Positions 32,466-42,799 of a DNA stretch of 64,000 nucleotides are shown in pieces. The notes below the pieces were generated by a model, which saw nothing but the letters and a program-made list of their open reading frames with translations, searched no databases and was not told the origin of the DNA. Positions within the stretch are counted from its first letter, which is position 1; every line of letters begins with the position of its first letter. The DNA is from Candidatus Eiseniibacteriota bacterium. GTDB lineage: Bacteria; Arandabacterota; Arandabacteria; Arandabacterales; Arandabacteraceae. The position numbers and the translations under genes were made by a program. The stretch spans positions 64,001 through 128,000 of the forward strand of contig JBDRNT010000161.1 of NCBI GenBank assembly GCA_043810925.1. Direction: 5' to 3'.

Positions 32466-35400
32466 TTGAAGGTGGACAGACGGGAACTCGTCGATAGGCG
32501 TGACAGAGATCGGGCCTCCACGGATCTGTCTAAGAACTACATCGTTGAGGCCGCTGCCGGGACAGGCAAGACGACGACGCTTGTTTCTCGAATTGTAAAT
32601 CTCGTAACCGGGAAACGCGCCGCTCCCGACAATATCGTGGCCATTACCTTCACCGAACGGGCCGCTGCTGAACTCAAGGCCAAACTGAGGGAACGTCTTG
32701 CAGGTGAGCTCTCGGGAGGACCCGGTGATTGCGCAGCCCACGTAGAGGAAGCGCTCCGCGGGCTTGAGCGGATGCAGGTTACGACGATCCACTCCTTCTC
32801 TGCGGCGCTCCTTAAGGAACGGCCGGTCGAGGCAGGTGTCGATCCCGGTTTTGAGGTGGCAGACGAGATAGTATCCACACTGATTGCCGAAGAGGTCTGG
32901 CAGGAATGGCTTTCGAGGCACATGGATGGTGACGACCCCGACCTGAGACACGCGCTCCTCCTCGGTATGACGCTCGAACACATGCGCGGCCTGGCGCAGA
33001 CCATGCGCGGCAATCGTGATGTGCTCGACCTGCTGCCCAGGGCACGTGATATCGGTTCTGAAGCCGAGGATTTCGTGGGTGCCTTTGGCAAGATTCTGGA
33101 CGAGCTCAAGACGATGACCGACGAGCACTGCACCTCCGCCGCCGACAAAGCCGCCCTCCATATCAAAGAACTCACCGAGTGCGCACGTGAGCTCGCAAAG
33201 ATCAAGGACCGCAAACAGATTGAGGCTTTCATCTTCACGCAGATCAGATTCCGTTCGACCGGGCGGCTCGGTAACAAGGGCAACTGGTCGCCGGCGGAGA
33301 CGCTCGGTGGTGTCCGCGAAAAGATCGAGGAGGCAAGTGAGACTCACTCCAATCTTGCCCTCAGAATCGGGCATAACGCGCTCGCCACGCTCATGCATAG
33401 ACTGCTCGACTACATATCTGCCTACGAGCGGGCCAAGGCAAACAAGGGGGTTCTTGACTTCCATGATCTCTTGATACTTTCCCGTGCCATGCTAAGAGAC
33501 CATGCCCATGTCCGGGACTATTTCCGGAAGCGTTACAAGTACCTTCTCGTAGACGAGTTTCAGGATACGGACCCGCTCCAGGCGGAGATCATCTTCTTCC
33601 TTTCCGAAGAGCAGGCGGGCAGTGCCAGAACCTGGGAGGATGCCGTCCCCGCCCCGGGCCGGCTCTTTCTGGTTGGTGATCCCAAGCAGAGCATCTACCG
33701 TTTCCGGAGAGCCGATATCGAAATGTATGCGTCCGCGAAGGCCAAACTCGGAAAGGGTGCACTCTTAAGCATCCACCAGAACTTCCGCTGCGTACCATCC
33801 ATTGTGGCCGTCGTGAATTCCATCTTCTCAGGTCTGATCCGTCCTCCCGAAGACGGTGCGTATCAGCCCGACTACGTTCCTCTCCACTTCGGCAGAGCCG
33901 AGGAAACCCTGCCCCCTGAACACGGTGTGGTACTCGTCTATCCGCCTGAGAGCGTGAGAGAATCGATGACGAGTGCTGAAGAGAGACGCACGTATGAATC
34001 CCGCTGCATCGCGGCCCTCATCAGAGAGATGGTCGGGGGCGGGGCGAAGTCCGTTTGGGATGCACAGGAAGAGCGCCTCCGGCCCGTTATGCTGAAAGAC
34101 ATTGCTATTCTCTTAAGAGCACAGACGGGACTTGACACACTCGAGGATGCCTTAAGGCTCCACGAGGTCGACTACCGGGTGATCGGCGGCAAGCACTTCT
34201 TCATGCGCCAGGAGGTCCAGCAGTTGCTTGCCGTACTGCGCTCGATTGAAAACCCGTATGACACGATCGCACTCATCGCTGCGCTGCGGTCGCCCTTCTT
34301 CGGAATCTCCGACGATGAGATCTTCATGCATCATGCCCGAGCAGGGGGACTCAATTACCTCCGCTCCACCGGCAACTCAACCCCGGCGGGTGAGGCCCTC
34401 AACCTGCTTGCATCGCTCCATGAGATCCGAAACGACGTCAGTGTCGAAGCTCTGCTTCACAAACTCTACTGCCTTACCGATGCACCGGTCACATACCTGC
34501 TCAAACCCAACGGTGAGCAACGCGTGGCGAACCTGCTCAAACTCGCCGACATAGCGCGTGCACTTTATGAGCGGGGCGTTTACACGCTCCGCGGCTTTGT
34601 GAGCTGGCTGTCCGAGCGAGAGGAAGAGCAAGCCGAGGAGTCCGAGGCCGTAACGGTTGAGGCAGGTGATGACTTCGTGCGTATCCTGACGGTGCACAAG
34701 GCCAAGGGCCTTGAGTTCCCGGTCGTTATCCTCACTGATCTCGCAAAGATGCCCTATTCCCGGTCTGAACGCTTTATCCTCGACCGGGCCGACCAGCAGA
34801 TCGGGGTACTCGCAGGCAGTAAGTCGGACGGCGTGAGAACCGAAAACTATGAAACTCTCTCCGACTTCGAGGACAAGCGATCACAGGCCGAAGAGCAGCG
34901 TCTGCTCTATGTCGCCATGACCCGGGCACGTGACTTCCTGGTCATACCCGCCTACTGGATGTCGGACAGAGAGACCACCAAGGATGGAACGCCAAGACCG
35001 GGTTCGCTCTTAAGCTATATTGCCGATAAGCTGCCGGATGCTGAGACTGCAATGGCGACTGGCTGCCCGGAGGGGATGATGCTCCATGATGCCTCCGGTC
35101 TCGATCTCGAACCGGGGACGCCTCCTCCCTTCCGGCTCAAGGTGGGCCGTTCCGGTACCCCGGGCGCGAAGACCGCTGCAAAGGAGCTCGCCCGCTGGCA
35201 GGATTCTCAGGATTCACTTGCCGCATCCTTCGAACGGGGCCGGGCACTAGTGGCCGCAACCGAGGGCGTACATCTCGACGGGACGGCAGAGCCGGGCGAG
35301 GGAGTGCTCTTCGGGAACCTTGTCCACAGGCTGCTCGAGGTGATCGACTGGGAGCGGCGAGACGGTCTCGAAAGCGCCGCCGAAAGCGAGGGGCAAGCCC

Positions 35401-35771
35401 TGGGGGCCTCGCCGAGCATGATCGCAAAAGCCGCAAAGATGGTGAACAAGGCTCTGGCATCGGATCTCATTGACCGGATCCGCCGGTCGGACAGGTACTT
35501 TAAGGAAGTGCCGTTTGCCTTCGGTGCCGACGGCACCATCATAGAAGGTAAGATGGATGTTGTCTTCGTGGAGGGCGATCGAATCACCGTTGTTGACTTC
35601 AAGACCGATAAGGTCTCACGACCCGACCTCAAGCATAAGGCGGAAACTTACAGAACCCAGGCCGATACCTACGCCCGCGCCATCCACTCCATCTTCGCGA
35701 GACCGCCCCACGAGGTAATTCTGTTTTTCCTCCACCTCATGGAACCCGTGGCCATGTCCAATGATGATTGA
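32466..35771 (+). CDS. addA: AddA/RexA-like UvrD helicase-nuclease
   Basis: Walker A AAAGTGKT, LVDEFQD, VGDPKQSIYRFR, TVHKAKGLEF, LLYVAMTRAR, nuclease GKMD..VDFKT. Confidence 0.92.
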   Translation: MKVDRRELVDRRDRDRASTDLSKNYIVEAAAGTGKTTTLVSRIVNLVTGKRAAPDNIVAITFTERAAAELKAKLRERLAGELSGGPGDCAAHVEEALRGLERMQVTTIHSFSAALLKERPVEAGVDPGFEVADEIVSTLIAEEVWQEWLSRHMDGDDPDLRHALLLGMTLEHMRGLAQTMRGNRDVLDLLPRARDIGSEAEDFVGAFGKILDELKTMTDEHCTSAADKAALHIKELTECARELAKIKDRKQIEAFIFTQIRFRSTGRLGNKGNWSPAETLGGVREKIEEASETHSNLALRIGHNALATLMHRLLDYISAYERAKANKGVLDFHDLLILSRAMLRDHAHVRDYFRKRYKYLLVDEFQDTDPLQAEIIFFLSEEQAGSARTWEDAVPAPGRLFLVGDPKQSIYRFRRADIEMYASAKAKLGKGALLSIHQNFRCVPSIVAVVNSIFSGLIRPPEDGAYQPDYVPLHFGRAEETLPPEHGVVLVYPPESVRESMTSAEERRTYESRCIAALIREMVGGGAKSVWDAQEERLRPVMLKDIAILLRAQTGLDTLEDALRLHEVDYRVIGGKHFFMRQEVQQLLAVLRSIENPYDTIALIAALRSPFFGISDDEIFMHHARAGGLNYLRSTGNSTPAGEALNLLASLHEIRNDVSVEALLHKLYCLTDAPVTYLLKPNGEQRVANLLKLADIARALYERGVYTLRGFVSWLSEREEEQAEESEAVTVEAGDDFVRILTVHKAKGLEFPVVILTDLAKMPYSRSERFILDRADQQIGVLAGSKSDGVRTENYETLSDFEDKRSQAEEQRLLYVAMTRARDFLVIPAYWMSDRETTKDGTPRPGSLLSYIADKLPDAETAMATGCPEGMMLHDASGLDLEPGTPPPFRLKVGRSGTPGAKTAAKELARWQDSQDSLAASFERGRALVAATEGVHLDGTAEPGEGVLFGNLVHRLLEVIDWERRDGLESAAESEGQALGASPSMIAKAAKMVNKALASDLIDRIRRSDRYFKEVPFAFGADGTIIEGKMDVVFVEGDRITVVDFKTDKVSRPDLKHKAETYRTQADTYARAIHSIFARPPHEVILFFLHLMEPVAMSNDD

Positions 35772-35871
35772 CCTCCTGACTTCTTGTGCTGAGTAAACTT
35801 AGCAGCATCGTGCTATCACCCGGGTAACGAAACCGCAAGACAAAGCGTTGATATTATGATATAATGATTGG

Positions 35872-36270
35872 GTGCGGGGCCGGTGATGGGCAGTTTCTTT
35901 GGTCAGGAGGGTAATGGCACCCTGGCGTAGAGGCTTATGCTCAGGTGGGGTCAGACCCCGTTCCGGGGGTCCGGATTCCTCTGCCGAGGGGCAGTTTGTG
36001 CCGAGACAGTCGGCCGGGTGGTGGGCTAAACGGTGGAAACGGCAGAAACGGCCTCGCGAAATCACCAGGCGGCATGCGATATTAGCGCATGCGCGTCCTG
36101 TGAGGGAAATCTGGCAATAGGGATCGGGCGGCAACGCCCGGCGACACCTGTTGAGCATGGCAGAAGCGTTTCATTCCGGTAGGCGGTGGAATATCCCCGA
36201 ATCAGCCCCGGGGAGGATACTACGGCGCTTGAGACCACGTGATTTCCCCGCTCAGGAAACGGCAACTTAA
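35872..36270 (+). ncRNA. Candidate large structured RNA or structured leader (unassigned family)
   Basis: Extended -10 TGaTATAAT at 35857-35865; many local hairpins and long-range complementarity; no convincing ORF. Confidence 0.4.
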
Positions 36271-36330
36271 CGGTGAAAGCTGAGTCTAAAGAGTAGAGAG
36301 AAGTACATACAGAAAAGGGAGGCCCATAAC

Positions 36331-39300
36331 ATGAATTTGAAGACAGTTGCGGTGACCACATGGGCATTATGCCTGGCGATCATGGCATCTTCAGGATACG
36401 GGTTTGTACCACCCGAGCGGATGCCGGCAGGAACAGTCGAGGAGGCACGCATGTCCATGGAGACCTCCCCACCTTCACAGGAAACACAAGAAAGGTGGGG
36501 GGTATTTGTGGCCCGGAACGGTGATGACTGGGAAGCTGTGTGGAATCCGGTCACAAAGACCCCTCACCGTATATACGGTCGAGGCATCAAGATTGCGGAG
36601 TCCGTCGGTGAAGCCAACGTTGCGGATCACATAACGGAGTTCGTTGAGGCCAATGCCGAGGTGCTCGGTATCGATGCTCAAGATCTGCGCCTGCTCAGCC
36701 GTGAGAAGCATGGTGCCAGGTGGTATTCCGACTACCAGCAGGTCCATGACGGACTCGACGTCATCGGTGGCAGGGTTCATGTGAGACTTAAGGAAGATGG
36801 GAAGGTCACGGCCTTCGGCTCTGACTTCTATTCTGATGTGGCTCTGTCGACCTTGCCTTCACTCACGGATAGCGATGCCCTGCGTCGGGCGTCTGATGAT
36901 ACCGGTTTTGACTCACTCACCGATGAGGTGCTCTCCTCAAGACTCGTTGTGCTCCCTGTCGTAAGAGATGAGACCGCAACTCACCATCTGGCTTACGAGA
37001 TAAGACTCCGGGTGGAAAGCGGTCCGGCGATTTGGAAGGTCTATGTCGACGCAGCCAGCGGCGACATTCTTAAGAAGCAAAACGAAATCTACTATGATTC
37101 CATCTATGGAGACGTAACAGGCAATATAAGAGCGATGTACATCGACGATCCGGACCAGGAAGAGCCATTCACCGATCACTACGTGACCGTGACCGATTGG
37201 GGTCAGGCCGCCACCGATGCTGCCGGTTCTTACTCAGTTGAAGCGGGGACCGGCGGGATGCGTGAGGTCACGGCATCACTTACAGGTACCTGGGTGAGAG
37301 TCACCAACCTCACTGGGGGCGAGGCATCATTCGCAGATTCGGTTTCACCCGGCTCGCTGGAAGACATCCTCTGGGACGACTCGAACTCGCGGGCGGATGA
37401 GCGCAATGCCTACTACCACACAGACGTGGCGCACGCGAAGATAAACGAGATCGACCCATCATTCACGGGTATGGACCGGCAGACCCCGGTGAGAGTCAAC
37501 CAGTCCGATTACTGTAACGCCTTCTGGGACGGCAACGGCATCACCTTCGGCGCCGGTTCAGGCACATGCCGGAACCTCGCCATGTTCTCCGACGTGATTT
37601 ATCATGAATACGGTCACGGCATCACCGACTTTCTTTATAGACCACTTTCACCTTCGGGTGCGATGCACGAGGCCCTCTCCGATTACTTCGCATGCACGAT
37701 AACCGACGAACCCTACATCGGTGAGGGAATCTTCCCGGGCGGCTATTTCCGGAACTCCGATAACGATCTCAGGTATCCCGATGATCTTACGGGTGAAGTC
37801 CACGACGACGGACGGATTCTGGCGGGCGCGCTCTGGGATATGAGAGTAGCTCTATCCCCGGACATCCACCTGGCCGATTCGCTTTTCCATTACGCGCGTT
37901 ACGCTAAGGCAGACAACTTCTTCGATTACTACTACGACGTGCTTGAAACCGACGATGATGACGGTGATCTCTCGAACGGTACGCCTCACTTCTACGCGAT
38001 AGCCGGGGCTTTCGGCGCTCACGGAATCGGCCCGGGACTTTTCATCGACATCCTGCACACCCCCGTAACGGATTCGGAAGACTCCACGGTGACATTTGAC
38101 GTTGTCGCAGAGATTACATCCAACCTCTCACTCGATCCCGATTCGCTTGTTCTTTATTACTCAACGGGTGGTGGATACACCGCCGTAACGATGACGGGGA
38201 CCGGGAACCCCGATGAGTATTCCACGACGATTCCCGCGCAGTCTTTCGGAGCCACCGTCGACTACTACATTTATGCGAGAGTCCAGAATCTCGACGACTT
38301 TGCAACCGATCCATCCGGTGCGCCCGCAAGCTTCCATACCTTTGCAGTCGGTAACGACAGCGAAGCGCCGGTGATAACCCATACGCCGCTGGACGATCAG
38401 CCGGACGCGGGTTGGCCTCCGACCGTAACCGCAGAGGTGACCGATAACCTCGGGATCGCATCCGTGATGCTCGAGTACACTAAGAACTCTGTTCCCCAGA
38501 CACCCGTGGCGATGATGAATGTCCCGGGGACTGATACCTACGAAGGTACGTTTGCGGTTGCGGCCTCAAGCGGTGACTTTATCGACTACAGGATCCTGGC
38601 CACCGATGCGTCTGCGTCGGCAAATATCACGGGAGACCCTACAGTGGACCTCCACACGTTCGGAATCGCGACCGCCGATTACTACACGTTTGAAACCGGT
38701 GAGGAGGGCTGGTCCCACTATCCGCCCAGTGGGTGGAATGACGAGTGGCACTTAAGTACAACCCGGAACCATACCGATGGCGGTGGTACCAGCTGGAAAT
38801 GCGGCTCGACCGGTGGCGGGGATTACGGAACGCATCTTAAGGCGTTTCTCGAGACGCCCACCCTCACGATAGGGGAAGATGCCATGCTGGTGTTCTGGCA
38901 CTGGATCGATGCTGAAGTCTATGAGCCGGTCCAGGGATCGGGAATAGCCTGGGACGGCGCGTCTCTCACCCTGCTGGATTCAACGGGAACAGGAATACCC
39001 ATTGATCCCGTGGACGGTTATCCGTACAGGATTGTCCCGGGCTCTGAGGCGCCGTTTACGGATAACAAACCCGTCTATTCAGGCCGGAGTGGTTGGGAGA
39101 TGGCGGTCTTCGATCTTTCTGCATACCAGGGTGAAGGCAAGATCAGGTTCAAGTTCGGTTCCGACAACTACGTGGGCGCTGAAGGCTGGTACATCGACGA
39201 TGTGATGATATGGAGCCGTGATGTCCTGGCCGGAACGGGCGGGGGATGCCCGGAGGACTGCCTGCCGACCGGCCATGTGCCGGTGGCATTCAGCCTGGGA

Positions 39301-39564
39301 CCGGTGCTTTCCAACCCCACACGCGGTGCGACCGGAATTTCCTATGCCGTACCTTCGCCGGGCTCTCACGTCAGTATCAGGGTCTTTGACGTAAGAGGCC
39401 GCCTTGCAGCAACTCTGGTAAACGAGGCCAAGGTGCCGGGCAGGTACACAGCCCAGTGGAACGGACGAGACGGAAACGGCAACTCCGTCTCACCGGGGAT
39501 CTACTTCATCAGAATGGACGCCGGTACTTTTGACACAGCTACGAAGGTAATGCTTATAAAGTAA
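36331..39564 (+). CDS. Secreted thermolysin-like (M4/M36) metallopeptidase with FTP/PepSY propeptide and FlgD/T9SS-like C-terminal domain
   Basis: Signal peptide; NAFWDG, DVIYHEYGH, GAMHEALSD, GEVHDDG; tail IRVFDVRGR...WNGRD...GIYFIRM. Confidence 0.88.
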   Translation: MNLKTVAVTTWALCLAIMASSGYGFVPPERMPAGTVEEARMSMETSPPSQETQERWGVFVARNGDDWEAVWNPVTKTPHRIYGRGIKIAESVGEANVADHITEFVEANAEVLGIDAQDLRLLSREKHGARWYSDYQQVHDGLDVIGGRVHVRLKEDGKVTAFGSDFYSDVALSTLPSLTDSDALRRASDDTGFDSLTDEVLSSRLVVLPVVRDETATHHLAYEIRLRVESGPAIWKVYVDAASGDILKKQNEIYYDSIYGDVTGNIRAMYIDDPDQEEPFTDHYVTVTDWGQAATDAAGSYSVEAGTGGMREVTASLTGTWVRVTNLTGGEASFADSVSPGSLEDILWDDSNSRADERNAYYHTDVAHAKINEIDPSFTGMDRQTPVRVNQSDYCNAFWDGNGITFGAGSGTCRNLAMFSDVIYHEYGHGITDFLYRPLSPSGAMHEALSDYFACTITDEPYIGEGIFPGGYFRNSDNDLRYPDDLTGEVHDDGRILAGALWDMRVALSPDIHLADSLFHYARYAKADNFFDYYYDVLETDDDDGDLSNGTPHFYAIAGAFGAHGIGPGLFIDILHTPVTDSEDSTVTFDVVAEITSNLSLDPDSLVLYYSTGGGYTAVTMTGTGNPDEYSTTIPAQSFGATVDYYIYARVQNLDDFATDPSGAPASFHTFAVGNDSEAPVITHTPLDDQPDAGWPPTVTAEVTDNLGIASVMLEYTKNSVPQTPVAMMNVPGTDTYEGTFAVAASSGDFIDYRILATDASASANITGDPTVDLHTFGIATADYYTFETGEEGWSHYPPSGWNDEWHLSTTRNHTDGGGTSWKCGSTGGGDYGTHLKAFLETPTLTIGEDAMLVFWHWIDAEVYEPVQGSGIAWDGASLTLLDSTGTGIPIDPVDGYPYRIVPGSEAPFTDNKPVYSGRSGWEMAVFDLSAYQGEGKIRFKFGSDNYVGAEGWYIDDVMIWSRDVLAGTGGGCPEDCLPTGHVPVAFSLGPVLSNPTRGATGISYAVPSPGSHVSIRVFDVRGRLAATLVNEAKVPGRYTAQWNGRDGNGNSVSPGIYFIRMDAGTFDTATKVMLIK

Positions 39565-39595
39565 CCTTGATCCGTTATAGCAATCGAAGCGTTCT

Positions 39596-39686
39596 GTCAT
39601 CGCGAGCGAAGCGTGGCGATCTCAAACGTAGCGTAGGGGTTCCACCCCCGGCGTAAAGACCGTCGCCGCAGGAGCGACGACGCTAC
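39596..39686. repeat. Cluster of REP-like palindromes between convergent genes (may also terminate transcription)
   Basis: GTCATCGCGAGCGAAGCGTGGCGATCTC plus two inverted GTAG-started hairpins (39628-39653 +, 39661-39686 -). Confidence 0.6.
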
Positions 39687-39689
39687 ACC

Positions 39690-40508
39690 TTACTCATCCG
39701 GCGGTGGTGACTCTTCGGTGCAGATTTGGCCGTAGAGTGCCGGTTTCCTGTCGTTAAGGAGATGGTTTTGCGGTGTGACCATCTTGTCGAGTGCACGTGT
39801 CGGATCGATCTCAATAATTCTCAAGTCCTCTTCCTTATCATCTGATCGCACGAGTATCTCACCGCGTGGCCCGATTATCTCGCTCGTGCCTATATAGCTG
39901 AGCTCGATGCCGGCGCGGTTCTCACTCCCCACACGGTTGGCCGTGATAGCGAATATTCCGTTTTCAATGCACCGCACTATCATTGCCCGTGGGCAGTGAG
40001 GAAGGACAAGATTGGCCGGATGGCATAACACCTGTGCTCCCTTGAGAGCCTGCACGCGTGCCACCTCCGGAAATATCCAATCGAAGCAGATCATGAGACC
40101 GATCTTAACGCCACCAAGGTCACATACCTCAAAGAGGGTATCACCCGGAGTGAACATCTCCTTTTCACGGTCAAAGAGATGCACCTTTCTATAGCGCGCA
40201 CCGATCTCACCGTTGGAGAACAGGTAACACGAGTTGTAGCAGTCGTTGCCGTCGCGTTCGGCGATTCCGGCAACGATGGCGGCTCCGGACTTGAGTGAGA
40301 GTCCTCTCAAGAAAGTGAATGTCGGCCCCGTCTCATTCTCGGCCATTCCGAGGAGCTCGTCTCTGGATTCGAAGATGTAGCCGGTTGCGAAAAGCTCGGG
40401 CAGTACGATCAGGTCGGCCTTGGCCGAGTCCAGGAAACCTGCAACTCGTTCGAAGTTCGATTCCTTCTGGCCGAAGATGGGGCCGAACTGTAAGTAGCCG
40501 ACTCTCAT
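39690..40508 (-). CDS. Carbon-nitrogen hydrolase (nitrilase superfamily)
   Basis: E-K-C triad: LPEL, YRKVHL, ICFD; start ATG 40508 (MRVGYLQ). Confidence 0.92.
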   Translation of the reverse strand: MRVGYLQFGPIFGQKESNFERVAGFLDSAKADLIVLPELFATGYIFESRDELLGMAENETGPTFTFLRGLSLKSGAAIVAGIAERDGNDCYNSCYLFSNGEIGARYRKVHLFDREKEMFTPGDTLFEVCDLGGVKIGLMICFDWIFPEVARVQALKGAQVLCHPANLVLPHCPRAMIVRCIENGIFAITANRVGSENRAGIELSYIGTSEIIGPRGEILVRSDDKEEDLRIIEIDPTRALDKMVTPQNHLLNDRKPALYGQICTEESPPPDE

Positions 40509-40685
40509 ATCCTTCACTCCCTCCGTGTGGCTGGGGGTTTTGACGCGCCCTTCTGCGCCATTCCTCCCGAACCTGACCCTGAGTCCATGGTTCCCGAACG
40601 AGCCAGCACAATTCAATCTACCATATCTCCATGTGAATAAACAAGTTCTTCGCTTCTACCCGGGCGAACGTATCGATCCCCGCGA

Positions 40686-40701
40686 TGGCATGATACGTGC
40701 A
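40686..40701 (+). promoter_or_regulatory. possible sigma54 promoter
   Basis: TGGCATGATACGTGCA (GG-N10-GC). Confidence 0.5.
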
Positions 40702-40859
40702 ATGTGTTAGATCGGGTCGCGCAACACACTCCCTCAAGGAGAAGTAAAGACAGGCGATTCGGGGGTTCGCACAAGCCCCGCACAAAAAGGTGCTCCCGCA
40801 ACCATGGAGCGAGCCCCCGACCACCTGTCATCAGGAAAAGAAACCCAGGAAAAGCAACC

Positions 40860-41636
40860 ATGAAAGATCAACCTTATTACTACGACATGAAAGACAAGAC
40901 CAAGGAGCCGACATTCTTCTTCATGTTAAACTGCGTGCTCCTTACCCGTGTAAACAACGGTCTCGAATCTGATGACAACCAGTTCGAACAAGAAATCAAT
41001 GTCTACCTTGCAAATCTTCTAACGGCATTTGCCAATCCTTCGTACATCGAACGTTTAAGACCGTACCTTTCCGAGCACGACATCGAGGTGTTCAGGCGGC
41101 TTGAGGGTTCAACTGATGCCAGGCTCAAGTATACCGTCTATAAGGCGAATGCCGATTTCCTGCTCTTCTCGATAGGCGTGTTCGACTCAGCCGGCGAGGA
41201 GTTGCTGCCACTTGGACCGGAGTTCAGACACGGCCATCAGGGTCAGATGGGAAAGGCACAAAGCTACTATCACTTCGCCTTTTCATACAGCAAGAGACTG
41301 CCCGCCGTGGGTGACACCGTTGCTGAGGTCTTGGAACAGCTCTCAAAGGGGTTCGAGAAGTACGTAACCATTCTGACGTATCTCCGGGGAGAGTACTTCG
41401 ACATAGTCAAGCGAATCTCGGATGGGGAGATCTATCACCTCAATCGTTCAGTGGAGGCTGCGGGGAAGAGAATGGAGCTTCGGAAAAAGCAGAATGAGTT
41501 TCTCGATGCCTACATGGACTGGAAGAACCGGGGTACAGGAGAATCAAAGGGAAGAGTGATTTCAATTGCGGAAGAGCTCAGGTGTCTCGATCCCGCGTTC
41601 ACCTACAAACCTGCGCAGCAACTCCGAAACGAATAG
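40860..41636 (+). CDS. Hypothetical alpha-helical protein
   Basis: Long ORF with natural composition; start set at ATG 40860 after the structured leader; no motif recognised. Confidence 0.7.
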   Translation: MKDQPYYYDMKDKTKEPTFFFMLNCVLLTRVNNGLESDDNQFEQEINVYLANLLTAFANPSYIERLRPYLSEHDIEVFRRLEGSTDARLKYTVYKANADFLLFSIGVFDSAGEELLPLGPEFRHGHQGQMGKAQSYYHFAFSYSKRLPAVGDTVAEVLEQLSKGFEKYVTILTYLRGEYFDIVKRISDGEIYHLNRSVEAAGKRMELRKKQNEFLDAYMDWKNRGTGESKGRVISIAEELRCLDPAFTYKPAQQLRNE

Positions 41637-41641
41637 AAAAA

Positions 41642-41824
41642 TCCCCGCACATAGCCGCGTGTTCAGAATATTCTTGATCCCGGATTTAACCAGGTGGGTG
41701 CCCTCACACACGCTTCAAGTCTTCTGACAAAAGCCAGACGTGCAATCCACGTGAGATTTCGAGCTCCCTTATGCTGCTCTGTTGGCTCAGAATACACTGA
41801 AAACATCGCGCGCAACGGCAGGGA
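41642..41824 (-). ncRNA. ssrS: 6S RNA (probable)
   Basis: ~180-nt rod-like hairpin with central bubble; GAGCCAAC...AGGGAGC...CTTGAAG...GGCACCCACCTG...GGGATCAA pattern typical of 6S RNAs; tandem strong promoters upstream. Confidence 0.75.
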
Positions 41825-41899
41825 TTTTATTGGTTGTTTATTCGATTGTCAACAGCCTCAATCTATGAACAGTATATCAGACCTCTCAGAAGCTGTCAA
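41824..41899 (-). promoter_or_regulatory. Tandem sigma70 promoters for the probable 6S RNA
   Basis: TTGACA-N17-TATACT (41871-41899) and TTGACA-N17-TAAAAT (41824-41852). Confidence 0.8.
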
Positions 41900-41922
41900 C
41901 AATTCTAGAGGTAGAGTTGTGC

Positions 41923-41955
41923 GTCACTTCGAGAAGCGCTAGCGACGAAGCAATC
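41923..41955 (+). repeat. REP-like GTCA-type palindrome
   Basis: GTCACTTCGAG...GCGACGAAGCAATC, similar to 39596-39623. Confidence 0.45.
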
Positions 41956-42032
41956 GTTCCGGCTCGTACACCACCCGGTTTGCCACGACTCCACCGGCGT
42001 CTCGCATTGACAGCAGCGAGCGTGAGGGAGGA

Positions 42033-42650
42033 TCACCTGAACATGTGTTTGATCGAACCCCAGGTCGTGGGGGCCGTGGCTTGCTCCTTCGGGAGACAAG
42101 GATTGTGTCCTTTTACACCGAAGACGCCTGCGCAGTAGCTCGCATTCGGATAATCCAGGACATAGGGATCAGGGGTGAGTTCACATGCCATTGTGTTGAT
42201 TGCGCCTGCGAGCGGGTGCGGCACGACACAGACCATCCCCGGAGTGTCAACCGTGATCCAGCCCCATCCGGGCACACAAATGCTGTAGGGCTGACACTCG
42301 TTCCAGATCTGGGTGATTCCGTCACCGGACCATACGATATCGCCCAGGTGGCCATCATCGCAGTCGCTGAACACGCAGCTGTATGACCCAGGCCACTCGA
42401 CAGCATATTCGACGGCACGGTAGTCGACCAGATTGAAAAACACTGGAAAGAAATCGATGTCGACGCCTCCGACGTACGTGGTCAGGATCTCTTCACACGA
42501 ATCGAGTACCGGGAACTTGCGGGTGCAGGCCCTGTTACAGTCATACGGCATGAGATGGACCGCAACCTTGGCATTCTCATTACCAACCGCGAGCAGGCCG
42601 GTGGCTGCGAGCAGGATAAGGCAGACCAACACGATAATCGCCCTTGCCAT
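42033..42650 (-). CDS. Secreted Cys-rich protein with C-terminal TWGxIK motif
   Basis: Signal peptide; one copy of the domain found twice in the neighbour; ends PTTWGSIKHMFR. Confidence 0.85.
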   Translation of the reverse strand: MARAIIVLVCLILLAATGLLAVGNENAKVAVHLMPYDCNRACTRKFPVLDSCEEILTTYVGGVDIDFFPVFFNLVDYRAVEYAVEWPGSYSCVFSDCDDGHLGDIVWSGDGITQIWNECQPYSICVPGWGWITVDTPGMVCVVPHPLAGAINTMACELTPDPYVLDYPNASYCAGVFGVKGHNPCLPKEQATAPTTWGSIKHMFR

Positions 42651-42799
42651 TCCGATCACCCCTTTTCACAGACAAGCGGATCTGATATCGTTTGTTCTGA
42701 ACAATAGTACCCGTACTCATCGTGGTTGCCTCATTGCTTCCTGTGTATAGGTTACCAAAGACATGCCCAGCCGTCAAGATACTCATTGGCCGGCTGCGA

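Noticed and set aside
32049-33464. Long antisense ORFs (this 471-aa one; also 19181-20161, 22807-23832, 55281-56468)
   Set aside because: Shadow frames opposite well-supported genes in GC-rich DNA, with no motifs.
35872-36270. Group II intron (starts near GTGCG), RNase P, tmRNA or cobalamin riboswitch
   Set aside because: No domain V, no GAGGAAAGTCC, no tRNA-like ends and no B12 box found; kept only as an unassigned RNA candidate.
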